From Balanoglossus misakiensis (Eukaryota; Animalia; Hemichordata), in NCBI GenBank assembly GCA_040954595.2, contig CM082581.2, forward strand, positions 1,232,699 through 1,296,698: 64,000 nucleotides of DNA, written 5' to 3'. How positions within the stretch are numbered: position 1 is the first letter of the stretch; every line of letters begins with the position of its first letter. The notes under the pieces were generated by a model. That model saw nothing but the letters and a program-made list of their open reading frames with translations. It searched no databases and was not told the origin of the DNA. Position numbers and translations under genes: made by a program. Positions 11,507 through 21,809 of this stretch are shown here, one piece after another.

Positions 11507-11706
11507 TCTGACTGACTGATTAACTGGCTGACTGACTTACTGACTGTCTGTCAACGTCGGTCTGTCTGACTGTCTGCCCCGTCTCTCTGAGAGAGAGAGT
11601 GAGCGAGCGAGCGAGCGAGCGACCGATGAGTGTCTCTACTGATGGATGTTGCTCTGTCTGTCTGCTTGTGTCTGTCTGCCACTCTGCCTGTTTCACTCTG
11701 TCTCTC
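11507..11706. repeat. Compound microsatellite (CTGA)n/(GA)n/(GAGC)n/(TCTG)n
   Basis: Read directly; duplicated at ~61609-61808. Confidence 0.85.
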
Positions 11707-12336
11707 CTAATTTCTTTAAATTTAGGGATATGCTATTAATGCGATATGAAAGTCAGACACGACGGAAACCTTTTATTCTCAAAACTGTCTGTTGTTTGCT
11801 GTTAAATATTGCAAAAGGTTAAGGGCCCTTTTCGCACGAGACACATGGCTTTGCAGCCGTAGCTCCCAATGTCATAACGATTACCCGAACTACCCTAATT
11901 TTAGCCCGCCGACCCAAAACAGTTTAGATCTTCGTTAACCGGAAGTAAAAATAACGATGTCAAATATACAACAATTCATGAAAATTGCGAGAATCACGCA
12001 AGAACTATGATGTCATTCTTCTACACTACGACGGCCAAAGATATAAAAAAATTGAAAAATAAAAAAATGTCCCTTTCTACCTACCCTATTTTTGAAAACC
12101 ATGTAATCGGAATAGCACATATTAGTTTTTTTGGCCTGAGACATATCCAATTTCCCAACTGAACATGACACGTGATCAAGCATTTTCGACTTATCAGATG
12201 CAATCGCTGAACACCTCACACTAAGCGAGGTTTTGTCTGTCTTTATACGCGCCCTTTGTATTTGTGCGTGACATGTCCAAGCCTTGTTAGGATCTCCCAT
12301 AAAATTCTACTCAATGATGTATACTTTCATACTTAC

Positions 12337-12418
12337 GACTGACAGGTATTTTCAGCGTTGCCAGCTGATTGTTTGTCAGGTACCGCTTTATAACAAGACG
12401 CCCCTCTGAGTTGATAAC
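12337..12418 (-). CDS. Exon: C-type lectin domain N-part (G-YQLRGASCYKAVPDKQSAGNAENTCQ-S)
   Basis: Acceptor cattgcAG, donor GTAAGT, 82 nt, phase 1 to 2. SCY and A-x3-C lectin motifs. Confidence 0.85.
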
Positions 12419-12485
12419 CTGCAATGTAACATCATTCAATTGGTCTAGTCATGTTAGCATTAGTAAAATGCTTCAAAAGTGTTAA

Positions 12486-12776
12486 AGGGACATGATACAA
12501 GACACCGTTTATGTTAGTGAATGAACGTTCAACCACACACAACTTCCATCCCGCTTGTATGATACGAGAGTAAAAACCCGCCCGAAATGAATAAATGGTA
12601 GAGACCGTTTATTCATTTTGGCGACTTTTTAAAACTCTCGTGTCTATACAAGCGGAGTGGAAGGTGTGTATGGTTGAACGTTGATTCACTATATCCACAT
12701 GTAGAATAATATAAACGCAGTCTTGTATCAAACATAATTAATGGAAAAAGGGCAGCGAGAGAGAGACTTTGTCCCT
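12486..12776. mobile_element. TTAA-flanked fold-back MITE (Kolobok-like)
   Basis: TTAA|AGGGACA ... TGTCCCT|TTAA (TSDs 12482-12485, 12777-12780); the left arm has an internal deletion. Confidence 0.8.
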
Positions 12777-13115
12777 TTAATGAATACAGCCACAATGTTC
12801 TGTTTATATCTACTGACGGACCAGGCATGGATTGTCACGTATAATTCTTTGAAACGTTTGGTCCTCTGAAGAAATCTGAGCACTCATCTACTCAGTTTGC
12901 TTATTTTGTCTTCCTCCACCAGTCAGTGGTATCGTCCGATTTGATACTCCACTCTAAGCCTCTTTCTGAATGGCTATTTAAGTTGTGATCTGTAAGTCTT
13001 AAACCTTTCATCACCCCCCCCCCCGTTTCCTCTTTAGAGGTCCAACATTACCATAGAAAACAATTGGTTTTGACTGAACCATGTTGGTGAAAGGGCTAGG
13101 GTCAATTCAACTTAC

Positions 13116-13173
13116 CTTCTGGACATTCATATTTCACAAAGGGTGTTCCAAACAGTGCTCCAAGATCCAATTG
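13116..13173 (-). CDS. Exon: N-terminal linker and start of C-type lectin domain (QLDLGALFGTPFVKYECPE-G)
   Basis: Acceptor tttgtaacAG, donor GTAAGT, 58 nt, phase 0 to 1. Ends in CPEG, which joins in frame to the next exon. Confidence 0.75.
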
Positions 13174-13567
13174 CTGTTACAAATAAACAATAAGTTAGCT
13201 GCCAGTACACTCAATGATGTACGCGCAGAACGTCAACTGGTAAACAGTGCGCCTGTGTCTCTTCCCATAGGAGTACATGGAGAATAGTTAGAAAACTCCC
13301 TTCTATTATTGTCATTTTCAGGAAATTTTACACATAGCTCCGACAAATCAAAATAAATTCACCACGGTCTATTTTGAGATAAACTTTGTTCAATATTGTA
13401 TCCATAGGCAAACCATTGGTAGAAAATGCTGACCGTCAGCAGTTTTCTTCAATTATCGACTAAATTCACGGCCTTGTTTAAAGTCGAAAACAAGTGCAGT
13501 GACCCAAAATGGATTTTCATTATACATACAAATCAGAAACGAAAATCCACGATTAAAAGAAATGACA

Positions 13568-13864
13568 ATACAAAACACCGTTTATGTTAATGTAAATGTG
13601 GATATATAGTGATGCAACGTTCAACCGCACACACCTTCCATCCCGCATGTAGACACGAGAGCGAAAACTCGCCAAACTGAAAAATCGGTCTCTACCATTT
13701 ATTCATTTTGGGCGAGTTTTTACTCTCATATCATACAAGCAGGATGGAAGTTGTGTGTGGTTGAACGTTCATTCACTACATATACACATGCCCATTAATA
13801 TAAACGGTGTCTTGTATCAAACATTATTAATAGAAAAGGGCGACGGGAGAGAGAGTTTGCCCCT
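13568..13864. mobile_element. TTAA-flanked fold-back MITE (same family), left end deleted
   Basis: Right end GAGAGAGTTTGCCCCT|TTAA (13865-13868). The left end is partly retained in the duplicate copy at 63515-63543. Confidence 0.75.
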
Positions 13865-15199
13865 TTAAGGCGACATGATGCATGAAGTGGCGAGAGATAA
13901 ACGCGACTGACCACCGCATTAAACACTGTCAAGCAAGGCACTTCAAATGCAAATTGTTTAAGTGTGTACTAAGTAATAGCTTCATGTACCATGTCCTGGG
14001 GGGGGGGGAGGGGTCAAATCACAACAGTTGGACATGTACGAATATGAAGAGACGATATCAGTTTTTTCATGTCTTCCTTTAGTAAACAATCTTTTTTGAA
14101 CTTTGTATAGAATTCATTGAACTTTACTTTAGCTTATGAACTCTCATTTGCACATCGTCATCTTGAAATTGTGTCGACTTTATCATAAGGTTTTTATAAC
14201 TCAACTAGGTCGCAAAACCTATTTAAGTTAGTGAGAATAGGACGTTCACCTTTTGGGTTGATGGCTACAGACATTAATCCTGACTCATACACATGTTGCA
14301 GCCAGTATACTCTGCAGACATTGGACACAAAAGTTTTACTAACCATTGGATTTTATTGGACCATCAAGTTTATTGACCCATGACGTTCATATAGATTGTA
14401 TGACACGACTGACGCTATAATCGGTCCATACCTTCGGCGAGCCAAGTGTTTTATAACATCATAAGATATTAATACCTATCACCCAGTCAAACGATTTCAA
14501 GTTATAAAATTTCCACGCCAATAGGACGCCTTTAGGTGGAAATGCAACCAGGTATCCTGAATAGGAAAATATTCCGGGTATCTGTCAAGTTTAGTCCCAT
14601 ATTTAGGGGACCAAGAGCCCTCAGGCGCTTGGTCCCCTTCTGTTATTGCTGGAGTTTGTCTTCTTTCTTCTTGAGTCGTTTTTTTGCGCCCGTTTTTCTC
14701 TGAAATTCCGGCAGGTGCGCCTTCCAAATTTGGCACGGTGGTTGGGGCCCATAGTACTGGTGCACCAGCCCTTTGAATTTGTAATTAGTCACGTGACTTT
14801 GTTGCTATAATCGAGCGAAATTTTCAAATTGACCTAATTTGCACGTTAATGGGGGCATGTACATTCTTTTCGCGATTTTTGTAGACCATGTGGCCAAAAT
14901 CCCCTGTGCCAAATTTCAAGGTCCTAGGCCACGTCGATTTTGAGAAGAAGATTTTTGTAATATTTTTTCGCTTTTTTTGGTGGGCTGAGGACGGACACTG
15001 GGGCATCGGACTTTGACCGTCATTACGTTATGTTGTGGAGATCTCATTAGCAGGCTACTCACTTCTGGCGGGTTGCAGTAGTCCTTGGAAAATCGGCTGA
15101 AATACGTAAACAGACCAGTGATTATTTTCCACGGAATGAATTTTGGGACAACACATTATCGGAGTTCAGGCTGTGTTAGGGCGTTTTATTGAATTACGC

Positions 15200-18100
15200 T
15201 GAGTTTGGATTGACTACTGTGTTACCACTGAAATTTCTCATAGCAATGTTCTTTCAATTTCGAGTCTTTGCAATGTTGTTGACTCCGACCATATTCCTGT
15301 TTCAATAGAGGTTCATTTCAACACTTCTGCTGATGAAAGCTTCAGCAGTAGTTCCTTCAAGCAATGTAATTTTCGAGTTGATTGGAAAAAATTGTCACAG
15401 CAGAATATATCCGCCTACACCGGTTGTACCAAAGCCAAGATTGATAAGATTAATTTATCCGAAGAGTTATTCTGCACTAATGTGAACTGTACAGACCCTT
15501 CGCATTTACAGGCAATTGATACTTGTTATAGTAGTATTGTGGACGCATTGAATTGTGCTGCAAAAGATACCATTAGACGTAAGTTTCACCAGAAAGTTCA
15601 TGTTGTGCCTGGCTGGAACGATTTTGTAAAAGAAAGTCACGACTATGCCCGTTCCATGTTTTTATTATGGGTTAATGTGGGTTAACCTAAACAAGGCCCG
15701 CTTTTTGAAACCATGAAATTTTCCAGAGCTCGTTTTTAGTATGCTTTACGTGCTTGTAAAAAGATTGAGAATCAAAATAGGGCTGACAAGATGGCTGATA
15801 ATTTACGCTGCCACAAACAGAACGACTTCTGGGAGGAAGTCAGAAAGCAAACTAGCAGAAAAACGCCGCTTTCTGACACTGTAGGTGGAGCGACTGGTGA
15901 GAGTGAAATTGCAATTATGTGGCACAAGCATTTCAGTGATATTTTGAATTCTGTCCAGGCTCAGACTGGTAAAAATGACATCGAGGAGAAAATGAAGTAT
16001 GTTAAATTTTCTTCTGATATGTATGTTTCTGAAGACGAAGTAATTTCTGCTATACATAAGTTACCTGATGGTAAGACAGCTGGCATTGACAATATTTTAG
16101 CTGAGCACCTCAAATTCTCAGACTCCTCTATTTTACCCTTTTTGACTTGTTGTATTAATGCAATGATTGTTCATGGTTACCTGCCAACTGAGGCTATCAA
16201 TGTTAATTTAGTTCCAATTATTAAGGATAAAACTAAGCTTTGTAGTGATGCCAGTAACTACCGGCCGATAGCACTAGCAACTGTTTTCTCTAAAGTTTTT
16301 GAGCATATTTTACTTTCTCGTTGTGAGGAGTTTCTTACCTCTCATTATTTACAATTTGGTTTCAAGCGAGAACATTCAACTGACCTGTGTTTATTTGCAT
16401 TTAAAGAAATCATTAGCTACTACACCAGCAATGGAAGACCAGTGTTTACTTGTTTTCTGGATGCTTCAAAAGCTTTTGACAGAGTTAATCACTTTAAACT
16501 GGTTATAATTAACAAGCACATCGACAGGAATGTTCCCTTGTATGCTGTACGAATTTTATATTAATGGTACAGAAATCAATTGTTTACTGTGTTGTGGGGT
16601 AATGAAACCTCAGAGTTGTTTTCTGTTTCTAACGGTGTAAGACAAGGGGGGGTACTCTCTCCCTATCTTTTTAATGTCTATATTGATGATATTATCAATG
16701 CACTCTGTAAAGCCAAAGTTAGCTGTACCATGTGTGGTGTCAGCGCTAACACTTTAGGTTACGCTGACGACATGACTCTACTCAGTCCAAGTATTAAGGG
16801 TCTACGCCGTCTTCTTAGAATTTGTGAAATTTACGGCAAGGATTATGATATCATTTATAATTCTAGTAAAACTGTGTGCATGCTTTTTTAATGGGAAGAA
16901 TATGAGCGTTCAAAGAATTCCTTCGGTTAAACTTAATGACATCACTTTAAAGTTTGTACCTGTACACACCTATCTGGGCCATGTTATATCTTGTGATGGT
17001 TGTGATAATGAAGATATTGAACGACAGAGAAGAGCATTTTGTGTAAGAGCAAACATGCTATTGAGACATTTTCAACATTGTAGTCAAGATGTGAAGAAAG
17101 TTTTATTTTTGGCATATTGTAGTAATATTTACTGTTGCAGTTTGTGGGCATCCTTTAAAGTTAAACCGATGAAAAAATTTAAAACTATGTACAATAATGT
17201 TTGCAGAAGATTTCTCGGTCTTCCGCCATTTTGCTGTGCATCGGGTATGTTTGCTACAAACCATGTACATGTATTGTCACTTGGTGAAGTTTTTAGACGC
17301 AATATGTACAGTTTTAAGATGGGTCCCTGGGATCTTTTTGCTCGTTGCTGTGGGCCTTTATAGGACATTACACCCCGATTTGGACTAAGCCGTTTTCAGA
17401 GTCTAACAAGGGGCTGGTAACTAGTTGAAAATCTGCACGATTATGTGCACACCCCCTGTCCGAGTATGTTTACGGCAGCTACCACCCGGCCATAGGCCGC
17501 CACGCTAATACGGCAAAGCAGCGGTCAGCGATAGCGTGCGCGTCCTGTAACCACAGTAACTGGATCGAACGCTAAAAATCCAATGTTTTGTACACAGAGA
17601 TTTTGTACCGTTCACGAAAATCCCTAAGGCTTTTTTCATAGGCCACGTACGCCAGTCAAATTTGACCTGCTTGTTGAGAACGCACTTCCGCACAGTGTGA
17701 CGGATCGTTTTTTCGGTTTTCGTCGTGCTAAGAAGCGATACCGGTGGAAGAGTGCGTCCAAAAACACCCAAAATCGATGACTTTTTCAGGTGTGGTACGG
17801 GTATGCTGAAATCTTAGGATACAACGATAATATTCGAAAACAAAATCCGTCACGATCTTCCCTGGTTCAAGCAACTAATGAATACGTATCAAGTTCGTTT
17901 TTGAGGTCACGGAATAAAAAGCCTTAGGCTTTTGAAATTTGACCTAGCTAATTTTCATATCAATGGCGTCAGGGGGCGCGCGCTCACAATCGTGCAGATT
18001 TTCAACTAGTTACCAGCCCCTTGTTAGACTCTGAAAACGGCTTAGTCCAAATCGGGGTGTAATGTCCTATAAAGGCCCATAGCAACGAGCAAAAAGATCC

Positions 18101-18340
18101 CAGGGACCCATCTTAAGCGTAGACTCGAAAATTCTTCTAATGTTTTACTTGATGCGATCTGTTCATCAGATAGAGCGACTGACAGCATATTTTTCAAACA
18201 TTGGCGAAAGCAATTGTATATCATGTAAGTTTTTTTGTGTGTGTGTCTCAGTGTCAGATTATTATTATTGTTTTTTTTTCTTCTCTCTTTTGGGTATATG
18301 GACTTTTTTTAAAGTCTGAAATAAAGAATTGTTATTATTT
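15200..18340 (+). mobile_element. 5'-truncated, decayed non-LTR retrotransposon (LINE ORF2: end of AP endonuclease + reverse transcriptase; RTE-X-like, tentative)
   Basis: WIDY...SDHIP endonuclease end from 15206; NYRPIAL, QFGFK, FLDASKAFD, GVRQGGVLSP, YADD and YLG RT motifs. In-frame stops at 15683-15685, ~15737 and 16562-16564, and a frameshift at ~16885. ORF ends TAA 18226-18228 once the MITE is removed; AATAAA at 18320-18325 and a short TTA tail. Confidence 0.93.
17318..18112. mobile_element. 795-bp MITE with ~125-bp TIRs and TTAA TSD (Kolobok-like), copy 1
   Basis: TTAA|GATGGGTCCCTGGGATC ... GATCCCAGGGACCCATC|TTAA. TIRs 17318-17442 and 17988-18112 differ at one position; removal restores the LINE frame. 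Confidence 0.92.
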
Positions 18341-18701
18341 GTTAGCTGTTGCCATTCAAATGTGTCTACGCAAACCCGGCTACACTGGCAGTGGGCTTTG
18401 ACTCTAAGTCGCTAATGTTGTGGGAGGTTTCATTAGCATTGTAGTCACATGTAGTGGATAGTAGTTTGGGAAATTGCCTGAAATACGTCAGCAGACCAGT
18501 GATTTTCTTGCACGAAGGGAGTTTGGTACCAGCAATAATCAGAGATCAGGCTTCGTTGCCGTTCAAAAGTTCCTACTTCAGTCGTGATGTTGCAACTGGA
18601 CGTTCAGTATGGGGGTCGGCCCGCAGGTGGCCGTGTGGGTTATCAGGTCGCCCGTAACGGCACGCAGCTACATGCAGCTGTATGGGACCAAAATAATACA
18701 C

Positions 18702-21448
18702 AAGTTCATGTTGTGCCTGGCTGGAACGATTTTGTAAAAGAAAGTCACGACTATGCCCGTTCCATGTTTTTATTATGGGTTAATGTGGGTTAACCTAAAC
18801 AAGGCCCGCTTTTTGAAACCATGAAATTTTCCAGAGCTCGTTTTTAGTATGCTTTACGTGCTTGTAAAAAGATTGAGAATCAAAATAGGGCTGACAAGAT
18901 GGCTGATAATTTACGCTGCCACAAACAGAACGACTTCTGGGAGGAAGTCAGAAAGCAAACTAGCAGAAAAACGCCGCTTTCTGACACTGTAGGTGGAGCG
19001 ACTGGTGAGAGTGAAATTGCAATTATGTGGCACAAGCATTTCAGTGATATTTTGAATTCTGTCCAGGCTCAGACTGGTAAAAATGACATCGAGGAGAAAA
19101 TGAAGTATGTTAAATTTTCTTCTGATATGTATGTTTCTGAAGACGAAGTAATTTCTGCTATACATAAGTTACCTGATGGTAAGACAGCTGGCATTGACAA
19201 TATTTTAGCTGAGCACCTCAAATTCTCAGACTCCTCTATTTTACCCTTTTTGACTTGTTGTATTAATGCAATGATTGTTCATGGTTACCTGCCAACTGAG
19301 GCTATCAATGTTAATTTAGTTCCAATTATTAAGGATAAAACTAAGCTTTGTAGTGATGCCAGTAACTACCGGCCGATAGCACTAGCAACTGTTTTCTCTA
19401 AAGTTTTTGAGCATATTTTACTTTCTCGTTATGAGGAGTTTCTTACCTCTCATTATTTACAATTTGGTTTCAAGCGAGAACATTCAACTGACCTGTGTTT
19501 ATTTGCATTTAAAGAAATCATTAGCTACTACACCAGCAATGGAAGACCAGTGTTTACTTGTTTTCTGGATGCTTCAAAAGCTTTTGACAGAGTTAATCAC
19601 TTTAAACTGGTTATAATTAACAAGCACATCGACAGGAATGTTCCCTTGTATGCTGTACGAATTTTATATTAATGGTACAGAAATCAATTGTTTACTGTGT
19701 TGTGAGGTAATGAAACCTCAGAGTTGTTTTCTGTTTCTAACGGTGTAAGACAAGGGGGGGGTACTCTCTCCCTATCTTTTTAATGTCTACATTGATGATA
19801 TTATCAATGCACTCTGTAAAGCCAAAGTTAGCTGTACCATGTGTGGTGTCAGCGCTAACACTTTAGGTTACGCTGACGACATGACTCTACTCAGTCCAAG
19901 TATTAAGGGTCTACGCCGTCTTCTTAGAATTTGTGAAATTTACGGCAAGGATTATGATATCATTTATAATTCTAGTAAAACTGTGTGCATGCTTTTTAAT
20001 GGGAAGAATATGAGCGTTCAAAGAATTCCTTCGATTAAACTTAATGACATCACTTTAAAGTTTGTACCTGTACACACCTATCTGGGCCATGTTATATCTT
20101 GTGATGGTTGTGATAATGAAGATATTGAACGACAGAGAAGAGCATTTTGTGTAAGAGCAAACATGCTATTGAGACATTTTCAACATTGTAGTCAAGATGT
20201 GAAGAAAGTTTTATTTTTGGCATATTGTAGTAATATTTACTGTTGCAGTTTGTGGGCATCCTTTAAAGTTAAACCGATGAAAAAATTTAAAACTATGTAC
20301 AATAATGTTTGCAGAAGATTTCTCGGTCTTCCGCCATTTTGCTGTGCATCGGGTATGTTTGCTACAAACCATGTACATGTATTGTCACTTGGTGAAGTTT
20401 TTAGACGCAATATGTACAGTTTTAAGATGGGTCCCTGGGATCTTTTTGCTCGTTGCTGTGGGCCTTTATAGGACATTACACCCCGATTTGGACTAAGCCG
20501 TTTTCAGAGTCTAACAAGGGGCTGGTAACTAGTTGAAAATCTGCACGATTATGTGCACACCCCCTGTCCGAGTATGTTTACGGCAGCTACCACCCGGCCA
20601 TAGGCCGCCACGCTAATACGGCAAAGCAGCGGTCAGCGATAGCGTGCGCGTCCTGTAACCACAGTAACTGGATCGAACGCTAAAAATCCAATGTTTTGTA
20701 CACAGAGATTTTGTACCGTTCACGAAAATCCCTAAGGCTTTTTTCATAGGCCACGTACGCCAGTCAAATTTGACCTGCTTGTTGAGAACGCACTTCCGCA
20801 CAGTGTGACGGATCGTTTTTTCGGTTTTCGTCGTGCTAAGAAGCGATACCGGTGGAAGAGTGCGTCCAAAAACACCCAAAATCGATGACTTTTTCAGGTG
20901 TGGTACGGGTATGCTGAAATCTTAGGATACAACGATAATATTCGAAAACAAAATCCGTCACGATCTTCCCTGGTTCAAGCAACTAATGAATACGTATCAA
21001 GTTCGTTTTTGAGGTCACGGAATAAAAAGCCTTAGGCTTTTGAAATTTGACCTAGCTAATTTTCATATCAATGGCGTCAGGGGGCGCGCGCTCACAATCG
21101 TGCAGATTTTCAACTAGTTACCAGCCCCTTGTTAGACTCTGAAAACGGCTTAGTCCAAATCGGGGTGTAATGTCCTATAAAGGCCCATAGCAACGAGCAA
21201 AAAGATCCCAGGGACCCATCTTAAGCGTAGACTCGAAAATTCTTCTAATGTTTTACTTGATGCGATCTGTTCATCAGATAGAGCGACTGACAGCATATTT
21301 TTCAAACATTGGCGAAAGCAATTGTATATCATGTAAGTTTTTTTGTGTGTGTGTCTCAGTGTCAGATTATTATTATTGTTTTTTTTTCTTCTCTCTTTTG
21401 GGTATATGGACTTTTTTTAAAGTCTGAAATAAAGAATTGTTATTATTT
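18702..21448 (+). mobile_element. Decayed LINE RT fragment, triplication copy 2
   Basis: ORFs 18899-19672 and 19839-20471; extra TGA at ~19703 and a G-run frameshift at ~19760. Confidence 0.93.
20426..21220. mobile_element. TTAA MITE, copy 2
   Basis: Same termini and TSD as 17318-18112. Confidence 0.92.
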
Positions 21449-21809
21449 GTTAGCTGTTGCCATTCAAATGTGTCTACGCAAACCCGGCTACACTGGCAGT
21501 GGGCTTTGACTCTAAGTCGCTAATGTTGTGGGAGGTTTCATTAGCATTGTAGTCACATGTAGTGGATAGTAGTTTGGGAAATTGCCTGAAATACGTCAGC
21601 AGACCAGTGATTTTCTTGCACGAAGGGAGTTTGGTACCAGCAATAATCAGAGATCAGGCTTCGTTGCCGTTCAAAAGTTCCTACTTCAGTCGTGATGTTG
21701 CAACTGGACGTTCAGTATGGGGGTCGGCCCGCAGGTGGCCGTGTGGGTTATCAGGTCGCCCGTAACGGCACGCAGCTACATGCAGCTGTATGGGACCAAA
21801 ATAATACAC

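Larger units (their letters stand above)
288..13173 (-). pseudogene. Multi-exon C-type lectin-CUB-CUB extracellular/membrane protein gene (uninflatable-like N-terminus), partial, probably disabled
   Basis: Eight exons read by hand. Most have GT-AG boundaries and compatible phases, giving ...YECPEG|YQLRGASCYK...TCQS|FYGGHL...EN...WIG|...WADTEPD...QCV...CDD...MCE...|TCGG...CIWTIQGP...|FLHFDTE...GFEASW|...CGG...NNEDCN*...|FISFATEDGADQVSVYDG...GFHVHY. Lesions: in-frame TGA at 1292-1294, acceptor CG at 490-491, no in-phase donor at ~3210. No first (signal peptide) exon found; the gene presumably continues left of the window. Confidence 0.8.
9964..14036 (+). repeat. Segmental duplication, copy 1
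   Basis: Collinear and near-identical to 60078-64000 (initial offset 50114); paired ORFs include 10286/60400 and 10939/61041. Confidence 0.97.

Noticed and set aside
12030-12140. GGCC-terminated, Harbinger-like element end
   Set aside because: No matching second terminus or TSD identified.
7141-12300. Numerous 60-130-aa ORFs as genes
   Set aside because: No recognisable domains, overlapping frames, and location in a repeat-rich intron.
13174-14604. First (signal peptide) exon and promoter of the lectin-CUB gene
   Set aside because: No ATG-hydrophobic stretch with a phase-0 donor was found.
14933-14946. CGTCGATTTTGA matches the satellite core in reverse, suggesting the satellite's origin
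   Set aside because: Only about 12 bp in AT-rich sequence; compatible with chance.
17318-18112. piggyBac assignment, or coding ORFs within the MITE
   Set aside because: Termini are GA..TC rather than CC..GG; internal ORFs are short with no transposase motifs.
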